From contig MCFH01000003.1 of the NCBI GenBank assembly GCA_002104945.1, positions 806,001-870,000 on the forward strand: a stretch of DNA of 64,000 bases, in the 5' to 3' direction. The notes under the pieces are model-generated. The model did not search any database. It saw nothing but the letters and a program-made list of their open reading frames with translations, and was not told the DNA's origin. Of the stretch, positions 45,072 to 59,286 are shown piece by piece. This stretch comes from Piromyces finnis finn. Its lineage: Eukaryota > Fungi > Neocallimastigomycota. Each line of letters begins with the position of its first letter. Within the stretch, counting starts at the first letter, position 1. A program made the translations under genes and the position numbers.

Positions 45072-46134
45072 CATAATAATAATAATAATAATTAGAGTAA
45101 TAATAGTAATAACAACAACAGCAACAACAATAATAACAACAACAATACTACTACTACTACTACTACTAATATTAATAATATTAATAATTGTGTTAAAACT
45201 GTCAATGCCAAAAATAAATGTAGATAATTTAATAATCAAATAAATCAAAGACATTTCAAATGATTCAATTTCAAATTTCAACTGTTATTTTCATTTTCAA
45301 ATACAATAGAGTGTTTAATTCAGCATACATAATTAATACTCACAGATAAACATTAATTTCCAAAATAATAAGCAATCCATCTTCAGCTTAATTGCTTTTT
45401 AATGGCCATCTTTATAAAAAAAACCGCTTTTCAAAGTAATGATTCAATAAAATGAATTTAATTAATTTATATATGCAATAAATATAAATTTATAATTATT
45501 ACAATATACTCTAATATATATAGATAAAATATATAGGAAAAGACATTAAAACAAAAAATTTTTTTAAATTTAAAAATCAAAAAATATATTAATAATATAT
45601 TGTAATACATTATAATATATATAGATTATTTTTTCAATTGTAATTAAAAAAAAAAACAGTTTTTTTTTTTTAAATAATCTTTGCACATTAAAAAGGGAAC
45701 ATTGAAAAGATTAAAAAAAAAAGTTCATCATACTAGGAAAGATATTATTATTTATAGTCTATTCATCGTGATACACTAATTAGTTGGTTTATTTATTTAA
45801 TAGTAAAAACTAAAGTAAATTCAAAAATAAAGAAAATCTTTAAAAAATTTATATATTTTATTACTATTTATTTATTTATTTATTTATTTTTTATATAAAA
45901 AGCTTTTAATACCAAATTTATTTGTTTAAAAACACATTTCGTTTTAACACAATTTTTTTTTTTTTTACCCTTTCTATTATTATTATTATATATATAATAT
46001 ATATGTAAATTAAAAAAAAAAAAAAAGAAAAAGTTAATAATCCAACAAACTTTAGTAGTACATCTTTAAACGCAAGCACAAATACTCTTAAAAAAAAAAC
46101 TAGTAATACTTCAATACTTGATTGTAATAATAAA

Positions 46135-47871
46135 ATGTATCTTTCTAATCCAGTTGTTAGTAAAGTTCCATGTTCCATTAACGTATTATCCTCAGTCACT
46201 CAATCCATATCTAAATGCAATTTCAATACTACTAAACCAAATCACTTTTTATTTTCTAAAAAAATGCCTACTAAAGTTTCAAATACCAACGGTCAAACTT
46301 TTCAAAAAGTTCCAACTTCCAATGCTAATTGGAAAATGGGTGAACCACAAAAAATTCTTTCTGGTAAAACACTTACCATAGAACCTAATAATTATACCAG
46401 TTCTCAACTTCATCAATTTCTTTTAGGAAGTGTAAGTTTTTAAAAAAATATTATTAATATATTAAAATAAGTCGTATTTTTTTTTTTTTTGTTTTTGTTT
46501 ACCAGACATAGAAAAAGTGTCATGTAAAAAAAGAAATATATGTATATGTTTCCTATTTTTTATCATAGTAAAAAATAATGAATTGTTGGTTTAAAAGAAA
46601 AAGTTTGATAAACAAAATGTAGAGTAACAAAAATTGGGTAAAAAAATGGTGTATGGTTTATTTAAAAGTTGGATAATATATTAATAATAATAGTAGTAAA
46701 GATAAGTAAAGGAAAAATAGTTACATCGTAATATATACAACAAAAAATAAATATTAATTTGAATTAAACCTACACCAAAAAATAATTATTAATTTGAATT
46801 AAACCTATCTAAATATATCAGTAATTAATTTATAACCCATCTCAATGCCAAAAAGATAAGAAGTCATTATTATTTCTATTAATCCAATATTTTTTTTTTT
46901 TTTTAAAAAAAATACAAATAAATAAAACAATATCAATTATTAAATTTTAATAAATTAAATAATTAATAATATGCCTCAATTTTATACATGACACCTCCAA
47001 AATAAAATGTATAGATATTATATATGTATATATATAAATAGTTAAACTTTATCTATGATACTTAAAAAATGTATAAATACAATATATATTTAAAACATTT
47101 TATAAACAAAAGAGTTGATGAATAATTTTATAAATAATATTTTTTTATATAAATTATAAAACAAATATTAGTTTCCAAGACCAGCATGTATCATTTCAAC
47201 GATATCACCAGAAGGAATATCCAATGCTGCACCATATTCTTTTACTAATTTAGTTTGCTCAGATCCACCTACATTTAGTCTTACTGTATTTAAAAATCCT
47301 GATGGATCTTTAAAGGATACACAAGTAAATATTGATGCTTCTAATGAATTTGCTGTTAATTTAATATCTGATTGGTTTGTAGAGTAAGTTGAAAAAACAA
47401 TGGCAATTCCATTTAATACCATATAAAATTCATTCTTTTTTTTTTTTTTCGGAATCGAATAAAAATTAACTCTTTTTATTTATTATAAAAAAAAATAGAT
47501 CTGCTCATGCAAGTGGTATGAATTGTTCACCTGAAGTATCAGAATTTGAACATGTTGGTTTCACTCCAAAACCTTCCACAATTATAAAATCACCATTGAT
47601 TGCTCAAAGTCCAGTAAACTATGAATGTAAAGTTTCTACTCGTATTCCGTTTATTAATAAAGAAGGTCGTGAAACCGCTATTTGTTATATGGGAGAAATT
47701 GTTCGTATTCATGTCAACGAACAAGTTTTTGATAATGAAAAATCATCCTTTTTGTATGAAAATTTAAGACCATTAGTAAAATTAGGTGGTTCTCTTTATG
47801 CCAAGGTGAATACTGTAGTGGATCCAACTCAAAATTCCTCTACCTCTTCCACTTCTTCATCTTCACAATAA
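46135..47871 (+). CDS. Flavin reductase-like FMN-binding (split-barrel) protein with N-terminal extension (3 exons)
   Basis: Exons 46135-46431, 47172-47383, 47499-47871. Family motifs PRPACIIST, NAAPYSF, KDTQVNI, EFAVNLIS, SEFEHVGFT, PLIAQSPVNYECK, LRPLVKLGGSLY. The exon1/2 junction gives GSFPRP, one residue shorter than the usual GSxxPRP, so that junction is less certain. Confidence 0.8.
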
Positions 47872-48250
47872 TTTCCTAATTTTTCATTCCCCTTGATATG
47901 CCATTTTATATCTTCCTTCTTGGAAAACCAAAGTATACAGTATATATTACCCAATCATTTTCAAAATGAAATTAAACCATATCTCTTTATTTTTTTTTTT
48001 TATTATTATTTTTTTCCATTAAGATAGTAAAAACAAAAACGAAAAAAAAAAATTATTATTATTATTATACATATAAACTATATAAATAATTTATTACTAG
48101 AACCTCTTTTTTTTTTTTTTTTTTTATATTATTAAAAAAAAATACATACTATTTTTCTATATATATATATATATCTACATGATATTATTATTTTTTATTT
48201 ATTCCTATTTATTTATTCATAATTTATATCAAACCCTTTTAATTTAATTA

Positions 48251-48282
<32 letters not shown>

Positions 48283-48547
48283 AAAGATTACCCATGTTTA
48301 AGAGAAGTAAAAAAAAGAAAAAGAAAAAAGAGTATATATTTATACCCTTTTTTTTTTTTTTTTAGAAAAAAATAGTCAAAAAATAAATAAATAAAAAAAA
48401 ATATTTATTATCAATTATAACAATATTAAAAAAAAAAAAAAAAGAATGAAAACAATTATTATTATTACTTTTTTTTTTTTTTTTTTTAACAAATTACTTC
48501 TTTCTACAAACACTAAAAAACAAACAACAAAATCTATATATTATGGG

Positions 48548-48587
<40 letters not shown>

Positions 48588-49085
48588 GATTTAACCTTGT
48601 TGTTGTCTAAATCTAGAGTATAATTAATATTACCATCATTTTTAACTTTATTCCTTTCTCTCTCTTTTCTTTTTTTTTTTTTTTTTTTTTTCTCATTCTA
48701 AATTATCTTTTAAATGATGATACATAACTATATTATAAATTAATTTCTTTTAAACCTTTATTTTTTTTTTTTTTTTTTAAAAATATAAATTATAAAATTG
48801 TAGTTTTTTTTTTTTTGTATACACTTTTTTTTTTTTTCTTTTATTCTTTAAAAGATGGTATCAATGGAAATAATAAAATACTAAAGTTAATAAATATAAT
48901 GCAATAGTATTGAATCATTACTATAAAAGATGTATAGTTTGTTTTTAAAAAAAAAAATAATTATAATAATAATTTATATGAATAAAGTAAGCAGATATAA
49001 TTTTTTTTATTAAAAGTTATTATGTTTTGTATGTGTATATATGTAAAATTGTATAGCTATAGAGATAATTAGCATAACAAATAGA

Positions 49086-49140
<55 letters not shown>

Positions 49141-52100
49141 TCTATTTTTAAACTGAGAAAGGAATAATATATATATATATATATATAAAACTTGTCTTTT
49201 GTTTTATTTAAATTGAAAATACCCTACAAATAAAACATGAAAAAACATGAAAAATAATAATTAAAATAAGTAAATAGCAAATAATAATAAATAACAAATA
49301 TTTAAATATTAAAATAGCTTATATAGTTTTTTTTTTTTTTTGAGGGTGTTAAAAATAGTTATCTTTTTTTTTTATATTCAAAAGACTGATTTACATTATT
49401 GTCCATCCGATAGGTTATATAAGCCATAATACTACAATACACACAATATATTTTAATTCATCATTTATTCTTTTATACCAATAACTTTATATATACGCCA
49501 CAATAAATAAAATACTATATAAAATAAACAAATAAATATGTAAATACACTAGACGTTCTTTTCTTAGTTATTTTTTGTAACGCCAAAATTATATATTAGT
49601 AAGGTTGACATTATAATTAAGATTTTCTAATCGGTAATCATTAAGATATTTCAAAAAAAAAAAAGAAATAATATTAAAATTGGTCAATAGTTTATTAATG
49701 ATGATAATACAATTAATACCTATTATAAAATAAAATTTTTATTAATACTCATTAGATAAAAACAAGATAAGTTGTAAAGTTTGTTTTATTCAATGAATAT
49801 ATTCTATTTATTTTTTTAAAATTTCATTATTAATTTCAAGATTAATAGATTAAGCGTGGTTAATACAATATCATGATAAAAATAAATAAATAAATAAATG
49901 ATTTTTTATACTATATTATCATTTCATAAATTATTAATGAAATTAAAAAAAAAAAAAAAAAACATTTATTTTAAAGCATACCTTTTTTTTTTCTTCTTTA
50001 CTAAAATATACTTAAATTACCTACCTACACAAACAAAACATAAAAACTATTATCTTTCCTACATACACACTACACCCTATAATAATATTAATTAAATTTA
50101 TTTCACAATTTTTAATTATTTTAATTATTGTAAATTAATTAATTAATTAATTATTATCTATTATTATTATTGTTTTTTTTATAGTTATTTATTTTTTCTT
50201 TTTATTGTTAAACCTTGTAAACCTTTGTTATGTTAATTATTTGTATTAATATTAAACTTTTCTTGTGACACTGTATATTCCCATGTACAAATTTAAACTT
50301 TCTTTTATTTAATTACTAATGAAATACATATATGAGTTTGTGTAGTATAAAATTCATTTTTTTTTTCTTTACATTTTAACTATATATTATTTTTTTTTAA
50401 TTATACTGAAAAAGTATTGATTATTTTTTTTTTCTTATTTATTTATTAATTATTATGGTAGGAACATGTTGATAATTGTAAATATTTTTAAATAAATGAA
50501 CTTTTGTTATTATTATTATACATTATACATATTTAATATTATTTATTAAAATTAATTTTATTAATTTCTAGTTTAGGTTTTCATTGATAATGGACTAGCA
50601 ATTAATAAATAATAATTCAATTAATGTTTTATTATTATTATTCTAGTTTCAAATTTATTATATTACTTTTTTTTTTTTTTTTTTTTTAAATACTACACAC
50701 TCTTTTTTTTTATTATATTTTAAAATTACAACACATAAATATAGTTTTTTTTTACTTTTTGCCTTGTTTTTTTTTATATAAATAACTCTACCATTAATAA
50801 AAATAAAAAAAAAAAAAAAAAAAAGAATGGAATTATATTACTCGACCACCTTTTCCTCTTTTTTTTACAATGATTTTTATTTCAATTTAAAAAAGGGTAA
50901 ACTTATTAAAAAGAATTTTATTTTCTAATACTATAAAAACATTGAAAAATTTCATTAATGTATTTACGTATAGACACATGTCATATTTAAGGTAATATAA
51001 AAAAATAATACTTTTAAAAACTGTTTTTAAACAAGAGCTTTTTTTTTTTTTTTTTTTTTTTTTAAATTGTTTATTAAATAAAAAAATTAAAAAAATTTAA
51101 TAAAAAAGAATTAAATTAAAATTTAATTAAATTAAATTGATTTTAACCATAAATGGTAATATAAAAATTTATTAATGAAAATTTTGATTTTAATAAAATT
51201 TTGATTTTTAATTAATTAAAATTGAAAAAAAAAAAAAATATGAAAAAAGCAAAAAAAAAAAAAGGCAATAACAATGGCAATGGCAATGGAAAAGAAATAA
51301 AAAAAAAAAAGAAATATTAATATTTTCTTTTTAAAGATAATAAATAAAAACTAATCAATATGTTTATATATCTACCATTGTATTGTATTGAAAAAAACAA
51401 ACAAAAGAAAACTATTAAACTTTTTTTTTTTTTTATTAAAGTTTAAAACATTTTTAATCAATTAAAGAAAAATTAAAAAAAATAAATTTAATAAAAAAGT
51501 ATTTATTTATTATAATTTAAAAAAAAAGTCAATTATCATTGTAAGAAAGGATTACTCAAACTTTTTTTTTTTTATTTATTCTTTACCTTATTTTTTAATA
51601 ATACATTATTTTTTAATAATAATATTTAATAATATTTAATAATAATAATAATAATTAATACTCTATATAAATAGTGTTAAAAAAGAATAATCTTTTTTTT
51701 TTTTTATAATTTAATTTGTATTTATAAATTATTTTTTATTTTATTTTATTTTATTTTATTTTCTTTTTTCTTTAAGTATTAAACTTTTTATTGACAACCA
51801 TTTTTTTTTTGTAAATATTAACTATACCACTACTACTTAATATCTTTTGTAAAAAAAAAAAAAAAATAATTTTTTAAAATTAATAAAGAAAAAAAGAAAG
51901 AAAAAAAAAACTTTCTATTCCGCTCTGATTTTTTTTTTTAACTTTGACTAAATTTTAAAAAAAGAAGAAAATTCAAAACAATAATTTAATATATATCTTT
52001 AAGAACAACAACAACAACAACAACATTAATTTAAACAAATAATAATAATAAAAAAAAAGTTTAAGCTTTTTTCATAGTATTATTCAACTATTCATTTTTT

Positions 52101-52853
52101 TTTTTTTTTTTCGTATATATTATTTCTAAATTCAACATAAAAGATTTCAACAGACCAAAACCAAAACCAAAAAAACAAAAAATCAAAGAATAATTAAAGA
52201 AAGAAATTATTAAAATTTTACTTTTTTTTTTTTTTTTTATCATTATTACGAATATAATTTAATTTAATTTAATATATTCTCTCCTTTTTTTTTTTTTTTT
52301 TTTTTTTAATTCAAAGTTAATTCAACATTCAAAGAAACAAACAAACAAACAAACAAAATAAAAAAGAATTATAATAGTAATACTAATAAAAAAGAAAGAA
52401 AGAAAGAAAAAATTGTCATTTAATAAGAATAATTATTATTATGATAATAATTTAATTCTAATCCTAAATATTATTTTAAATATAATTAAATTATATTTTC
52501 AATAAAAAAATATTGATTCATTTTTGTAAATTTATTTTTTTTTTAAATTCACCCATTTATAATTTTGAAATTGTAAATTTAAAAAAAAAAAAATTACTTC
52601 TGTCAATCATAGCTCAGAAAATCATAAAAAATAATTGTGGGCACCCTAATTCAAATACTAATTCAATATTAAAACTATAATATTCTATTATATCTATTAT
52701 AGTATAGTACATATTTTTTAAGAATTAATATATAAATTATTTATTATTTTCATTCTCTATAATATTACTGTTAATACAACGTCAACACATACACACATAT
52801 ATACATACACTATTATTATTATTATTGTTACTATTTCAACAACGACATTAAAC

Positions 52854-54708
52854 ATGAGTATAAATTCTTCTATGCAAGTTACACCAATACGACCAAACCA
52901 AACCGAAACATATTGTAGTCAACTTATATCCTCATCATCTTCATCCATTCATTCTTATTCGCTATCGTCATCATCCATATCTTCTTCACAAAAATCCCTA
53001 ACATCTCTATCTACCGATATACTATTACACCTTATTGAATATCTACCTCCAACAGCACTTGTTAAATTAAGTATGACATGCCGTAAATTATACCAACTCT
53101 CTCAAGATGAATTATATTGGAAACGTCATATACAAAAAATGAAAGATGGTCTACTCTATCAAATATTATTAAAACATGAATTACATCGAAATTTTAGTTG
53201 GAGGTACCTTTTTTTATAACTTTTTTTTAAAAAAATAATAAAATATAACTTTAAAAATTATTTTATAAATATATTTATTATATTGGCAATATAATTATTA
53301 TTATATATTAAACTCTTACTAATCCTATTTTTTTTTTTTTTTGCTATTATTAATTATATTTATTATTTACATATTCTTTTATTATTATTATTATTGATTA
53401 TGTGATAACTATTATATACACTTTTATAATTATAAATTATTCCCGTATTTTTTTTTTTTGTCATTTCATAAAGACAATTATATTCAAGTGTAGTATCTTC
53501 ACATTGTGCTAATTGTGGTTGTTCTACGCCTTACCTCTTTCTTCTAACCAATACAAAAGTATGTCGTAATTGTCTTGAAACTTCTGATGATTATTTAATC
53601 ATAACTAAATCTATAGCCATTTCTCAATTTCTACTAACTGAAAAGGATTTATCAACTATACCTAAGGGTATTATTGGCCAAAAGGGTGATCGTAGTTTTA
53701 TGGGTTATATTCAAGTCTATGCTGCTAAGTCTGTTAATAAAATGTAAATATCAAATCCCTTGTTGAAAAATAACGGAGGAGAAAAATAATAATAATACTA
53801 TTTTTTTTTTAATGAATAATATATATATATATTTTTTACAAAATTTAGTCAAAATTAGTGATATAATCATTTATTAATAATAACAAGAAAAAAAAAAATA
53901 CCATAACTTATTATTTTTAATCATATTTCCTACATTTATTGTTATTTATCCTTATTAGATCTATTGAAAAGTGGGGTAGTAAGGAAAAGAGAGATCGTGA
54001 ATTAGAAAAGAGAAAGCGTAAGGCACTTCATCATTGGAAGCAAAGAATGGATACCTATATTTCTTTTCATCCTTCATTACGTTCTAAAAAGCGTGTTATT
54101 GATACCCAAAAAAAGAAATTACACCTTTCTTCAACCACCACCACTACATCAAAAATTAAGGTTCCGAAGCGTCCACCTACCATGCCAATTATTCTCAAGG
54201 ATATTAAAGATACCATCATTGATAACTATGATCGTTTTTCTATGGTCATTAATCTTGGGTAACTATTTAAAATATTTGGTTATAAAAAATTTATATATAG
54301 CTATATAAATGTATAAATATGATTTTTTTTTTTTTTTTTTTAAAAAAAAAAAGGGAATAAATAGTTTTAATGGATAAATATCGTAATATTTATACATCTA
54401 TATATAATAGGATAAATGATTTAAAATGAGTTTGATTCTAATGTTATTTTTTTTTTTCATTTAATATTTTTAGTTTTGTTGAAAAGGATACTGGTCGTTT
54501 CTTTGAACCAATTCAATGTGGATTTTGTGATGAAACTAAAAAGATAACTTCAATGTCTGAAGAAGATTCCATTTTCGAAAAACCATGTAATATTAAATAT
54601 CCTACCATTTATACAATTCATAGTCTTAAAGATCATATCACTAAATGTCATATTGATTTATGTGAAAAAATAACCAATGTTCGTATAAATATCATACAAA
54701 ATTGCTAA
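52854..54708 (+). CDS. F-box protein with XPA/Rad14-like zinc-binding/DNA-binding region and C-terminal CxxC..HxxxxH zinc motif (4 exons, ~384 aa)
   Basis: Exons 52854-53203, 53474-53743, 53959-54258, 54474-54708 (1155 nt, in frame). F-box LTSLSTDILLHLIEYLPPTALVKLSMTCRKLYQLSQDELYWK. CANC..VCRNC..YLIITKSIAISQFLLTEKDL..SIEKWGSKEKRDRE resembles the XPA core. CGFC...LKDHITKCH at the C-terminus. Confidence 0.75.
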
Positions 54709-54872
54709 ATTTTTTTAACACTCCCTCTCCTGCAGTTTTAAATATTATATATATATAATATTTTTTTCCTGATTAAATTCTATTTATACCAATCGATTTA
54801 AATATTTAATTGGAAGGGAATTTTTATATATCAATATTTTAAGCATCTAATTTTTTTATATATTCCTTTTCA

Positions 54873-54914
<42 letters not shown>

Positions 54915-56836
54915 ATAGTAATAACAAAACAACAAATGACAATAATAATTTTAAAAAAAAAAAGGTTGTAATTCACCCTATGTATAATATATATTTTTAA
55001 TTAATATCTATTTATTTTTTTTTTAATTTCTATAATTCTTTATTTTCTACATTTCTTACTTTTAATTATATTTCGTTTTATCACACACATTTTACACCTT
55101 TAATTTTATTATTATTATTATTATTTAAAAAATAAAAATTAAATAACACTTTTTTTTTTCTTTTTATTTATTTAATATTAATGTTTGGTATTTTTTTTTC
55201 CCTTTTTTACAATAAATATTGTTGTATCAATCTTATTTTATTATAACCTTTTCATTAACATAATTATTGATGAGCTATTATTCTTTGTAAAAAAAAAAAA
55301 CATTTTGTAAATACTTTAATATCCTACAAAGAATATTAATAAATGCAAAGAAAAAAAAAAAGAAATATAACACATCATCCATTTTACCAATTTTAATAAG
55401 CAAATTCAATGATACTTATTTTTTTTTTTTTTTAAAAAAAAATAGTTTCAAATGATGTTGCTTGTAGTTTACCTAAAGGGAAGTTTATTTTTTTTTCTAT
55501 AAAAATGAATAATGTACATTTCATCAATTACATTACATTATTTTTGTAATTATTAAAAGGTTTTTCCTTTTTTTTAGTTCAAGTGATGCGATGTCATTTT
55601 TTGTGGTTAATTTTCTGTGGTTAATTTTTTAAATTAGCTGCTTTACTATTATATTATAATAGAGTGTAATATATTATAATATTTTAATCAATATAAATTA
55701 ATAAATAAATTTTTAATTTATTTTTATGTACATAAAATGATTGGAAATAATACAATTCAAATAATGTAGCATTAATTATAAAATTAATGTATTATACATT
55801 TTAATTAAACTTTAATCTAATTTAATAAATAATAAATTAAGTAATAAATTATATTGAATAATTAATTGTACAATACACTCGATTGAATTAAAAAATATAT
55901 TATATAATATATTATATAATATATTAGTTAAGTCGACTTAACAAAAAAGAATAAAAATTTAAATTAAAAAGTTATTTATGAAAAGTGTATCAAGAAATCT
56001 TACCAAAGATTTTAAAAAGAGGTGGTGAATGTTGCTGTTTTTTTTTTTCTTTCTTTTTTTTATTTTCTATTATATATACACTTTTCTTTTTTTTTTTATT
56101 TTTCAGATTTTTATTAGGATTTAATATTTTTTTTTGAATAGCTATACTTCTTCTTCTTATTCAATTATATAAGGTTTTTTTTGTTAATATTGTTATTTGT
56201 AACTCTATTCATTTGATTATAATCTAATATATTATATCTATTTAAATAGCAATATATTTTTTAATATAATAAAAATGATTTTTTTAAAATTTTTTTTTAC
56301 TATAAATAAAAAGCAATATTTCCCTTAAAAAACTTTTTTTTTTTTCTTCTTTAAACAAATATAAATATAACCTTTGTAGTAGGTTTTTTTTTGTTGTTGT
56401 TAAATTGATTTTGTTTATAAACAATCTAAAAGAAATAAAGAACTAAAACAAGGTAAATAGGAAAAAAGATACTTTTTTTTTTTTTTGTTTTTTTAAACGA
56501 TAAAAGTGAGGAGAGGATAATTGGGTTAATAAAAAAAAAAAAGTTATTTGTTGTCTTTAAAATATAACCATAGGAATAAAAGGGAAGGGGAAGTTTTTTT
56601 TTATATAAAATAAAAAGAAAGATATTAAAATTAAAATTATTTTTGTGTAATAGGAAAAAAAAAAAAAAAAAAGAAACCTTAAAGAAAGTGTTATTGTAAG
56701 AGATATATAGGTTTTGTTTTTAGTATTTCGTTTGGTTGTTATTATTATCTTTTTTTTTTTTCTATTTTAAAAAAGAAAAACTCAAATAAATTTAAAATAT
56801 CATGAATATTGACTTTTTTTTTTATATAAAGTAAAC

Positions 56837-58686
56837 ATGGATACTATTGAAAACCACAAGCCACACATTAGACAATACCCAGATGCCAATGGTTTCTTTG
56901 GTAAATTTGGTGGTAGTTACGTCAATGAAGAATTACAAAGAGAAATGAAAAATATTGAAAATGCTTACAATACTATTTGCCGTAGTCAAAACTTCATTCA
57001 CGAATTACGTCATATTAGAAAGCATTTCCAAGGTCGTCCAACTCCAGTCTACTATTGTAAGAACCTTTCTGACTTAATTGGTGGTGCTCGTATCTACTTA
57101 AAGCGCGAAGGTATTATTTTGATGAAATAATACATTAAAAAAAAATGATCATAAAGAAGAAAAAAAAAATGTTGAAAAGTTGATAAAAAAAATGTATTAT
57201 TAAAATAGTTTATTTATAATTTTTTTTATATAGACTTAAACCACTCTGGTGCTCACAAACTTAACCACTGTATGGGTGAAGCTCTTCTTGCTAAGTTCAT
57301 GGGCAAGAAAAAGTTAATTGCTGAAACTGGTGCTGGTCAACATGGTGTTGCTTTAGCTACTGCTGGTGCTTACTTTAACATTAAGACTGAAATTCACATG
57401 GGTGAAGTTGATATTGCTAAGGAACACCCAAATGTCGTCAGAATGAAGATTTTAGGTGCTGATGTTGTTTCTGTTACTCGTGGTACCAAGACTCTTAAGG
57501 ATGCTGTCGACAGTGCTTTCGAAGCTTACTTAGCTGTAAGTAGTTAATGATCATGAAAAAGAATAGTTCAATTTTTTGAATTTATATTTTTTTTAAAAAA
57601 AAAATTAATAATATATTTAAATTTTAACTTTTTTTTTTAATCCATCATTTACATATATATGTAATTCAATTATCTATAAAAAATAGGATCCAGTTAACAC
57701 TATGTAAGTATATTGATTTAAAACTAATAGAATTTTATTATTGAATTAAAAAGAGGAAAAATCGAAATATTTAATAAAAATTATTAATATAATTTTTATT
57801 TTTAAATGCCTATAGTTATTGTATTGGTTCCGTTGTTGGTCCACATCCATTCCCAATGATGGTCCGTGAATTCCAAAGAGTTGTTGGTATTGAAGCTAGA
57901 GAACAATACCAAGAAATGACTGGTGAACTTCCAGACCACGTTATTGCTTGCTGTGGTGGTGGTTCTAATGCTATGGGTATCTTAAGTGCTTTCATTGAAG
58001 ATCCAGTTAGATTACACATTGTTGAACCAATGGGTCGTGGTGAAAAGGTTGGTGACAACGCTGCTTCTGTTAAGTTCGGTACTGAAGGCATCATTCACGG
58101 TTTCAGTAAGTAGACGAATAAGTTTATCTTTTAATTACTTAATAGATTATCATTAATAATTGAAGTATTTTAAAAATTTTTAAAAAATTATTACAATTAA
58201 AATTTGTTGCTATACTGAATATCCAATTTTTTATATTAAAAATCGAATTAAATTATTAACATTTTTCATATTTATTGTATTTTAATAGACTCTATTGTCA
58301 TCAAGGATGAAAAGGGTGAACCAGCTCCAGTTTACTCTTGCGCTAGTGGTCTTGATTACCCAGCTGTTGGTCCAGAACATGCTTTCCTTGTTAAAGAAAA
58401 GAAGCGTTATGAAGCACACACTGTTACTGATATTGAATGTATTGAAGCCTTCTTCATTCTTTCTAGACTTGAAGGTATCATTCCAGCCTTAGAATCTGCT
58501 CATGCTGTTGCTTATGCTATTAAGCTTGCCAAGGAAAGAAAGAGTGAATCTATCTTAGTTAACTTATCTGGTAGAGGTGACAAGGATATTGATTACGTTG
58601 AACAAACTTGGGGTGAATACATGAAGAAATTCCCTAACTACAGCCTTTTAGAAGGTATTGACTGCTCTGGAATTAACATCCTTTAA
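56837..58686 (+). CDS. trpB: Tryptophan synthase beta chain, stand-alone (5 exons, ~426 aa)
   Basis: Exons 56837-57110, 57234-57535, 57687-57703 (17-nt micro-exon), 57816-58105, 58289-58686 (1281 nt, in frame). Motifs [22 protein letters not shown] (PLP lysine), [61 protein letters not shown]. Confidence 0.95.
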
Positions 58687-59286
58687 ATGCAATGATTTAT
58701 TTCTAAATCTTTACAAAAAAGTGTAAATCTTTTAGAAAAATAATTTGTTTTGATCTAACGAATTTTTTTTCACATCTATAAACAAAAAATCAATTTAACT
58801 TTGGAAAATAATTATATATAACAAGAAAAAACAAACAACTTTTTTTTTTTTTTTTTTACCCCTATGTAAATATAAGGATCGTTTACCCAAATAAAAAAAA
58901 AAAAAAAAAAGCGATGAAAAAAAAAAAGTGAAAAAATGAATATAAATAATTGTAAAAAATATAATTTTTAACTTGCAAGTAAAAAAAAAATATTAATAAA
59001 AAAATAATAATAAAAAAAAATTAATATTTTAAAAATTAATTATTTAAAACAACCTTTTTTTTTTTTTATAAAGATGGTATTAAATTTTTTTATTATTTAT
59101 TGGAAGGTGTTTTAAAGAGGTATAATTGCCTAATATTATTACTGTCGTTATTAATTATATCAATTTTTATATTAAATTTATTTCATTTTATTTCATTCAA
59201 TTTCCTCTTCTTTTCTATCCCTCTTGGGAACGTGCCTTCATTTATTTAATAAATGGAATTTCTCAAGGGGGTCTGCCCTCTTGGGT

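Noticed and set aside
45003-45380. Possible minus-strand gene (MDCLLFWKLMFI mini-exon 45380-45344 spliced to ORF 45281-45003)
   Set aside because: The splice sites are plausible, but the product degenerates into microsatellite-encoded poly-Ser/Ile with no recognisable domain.
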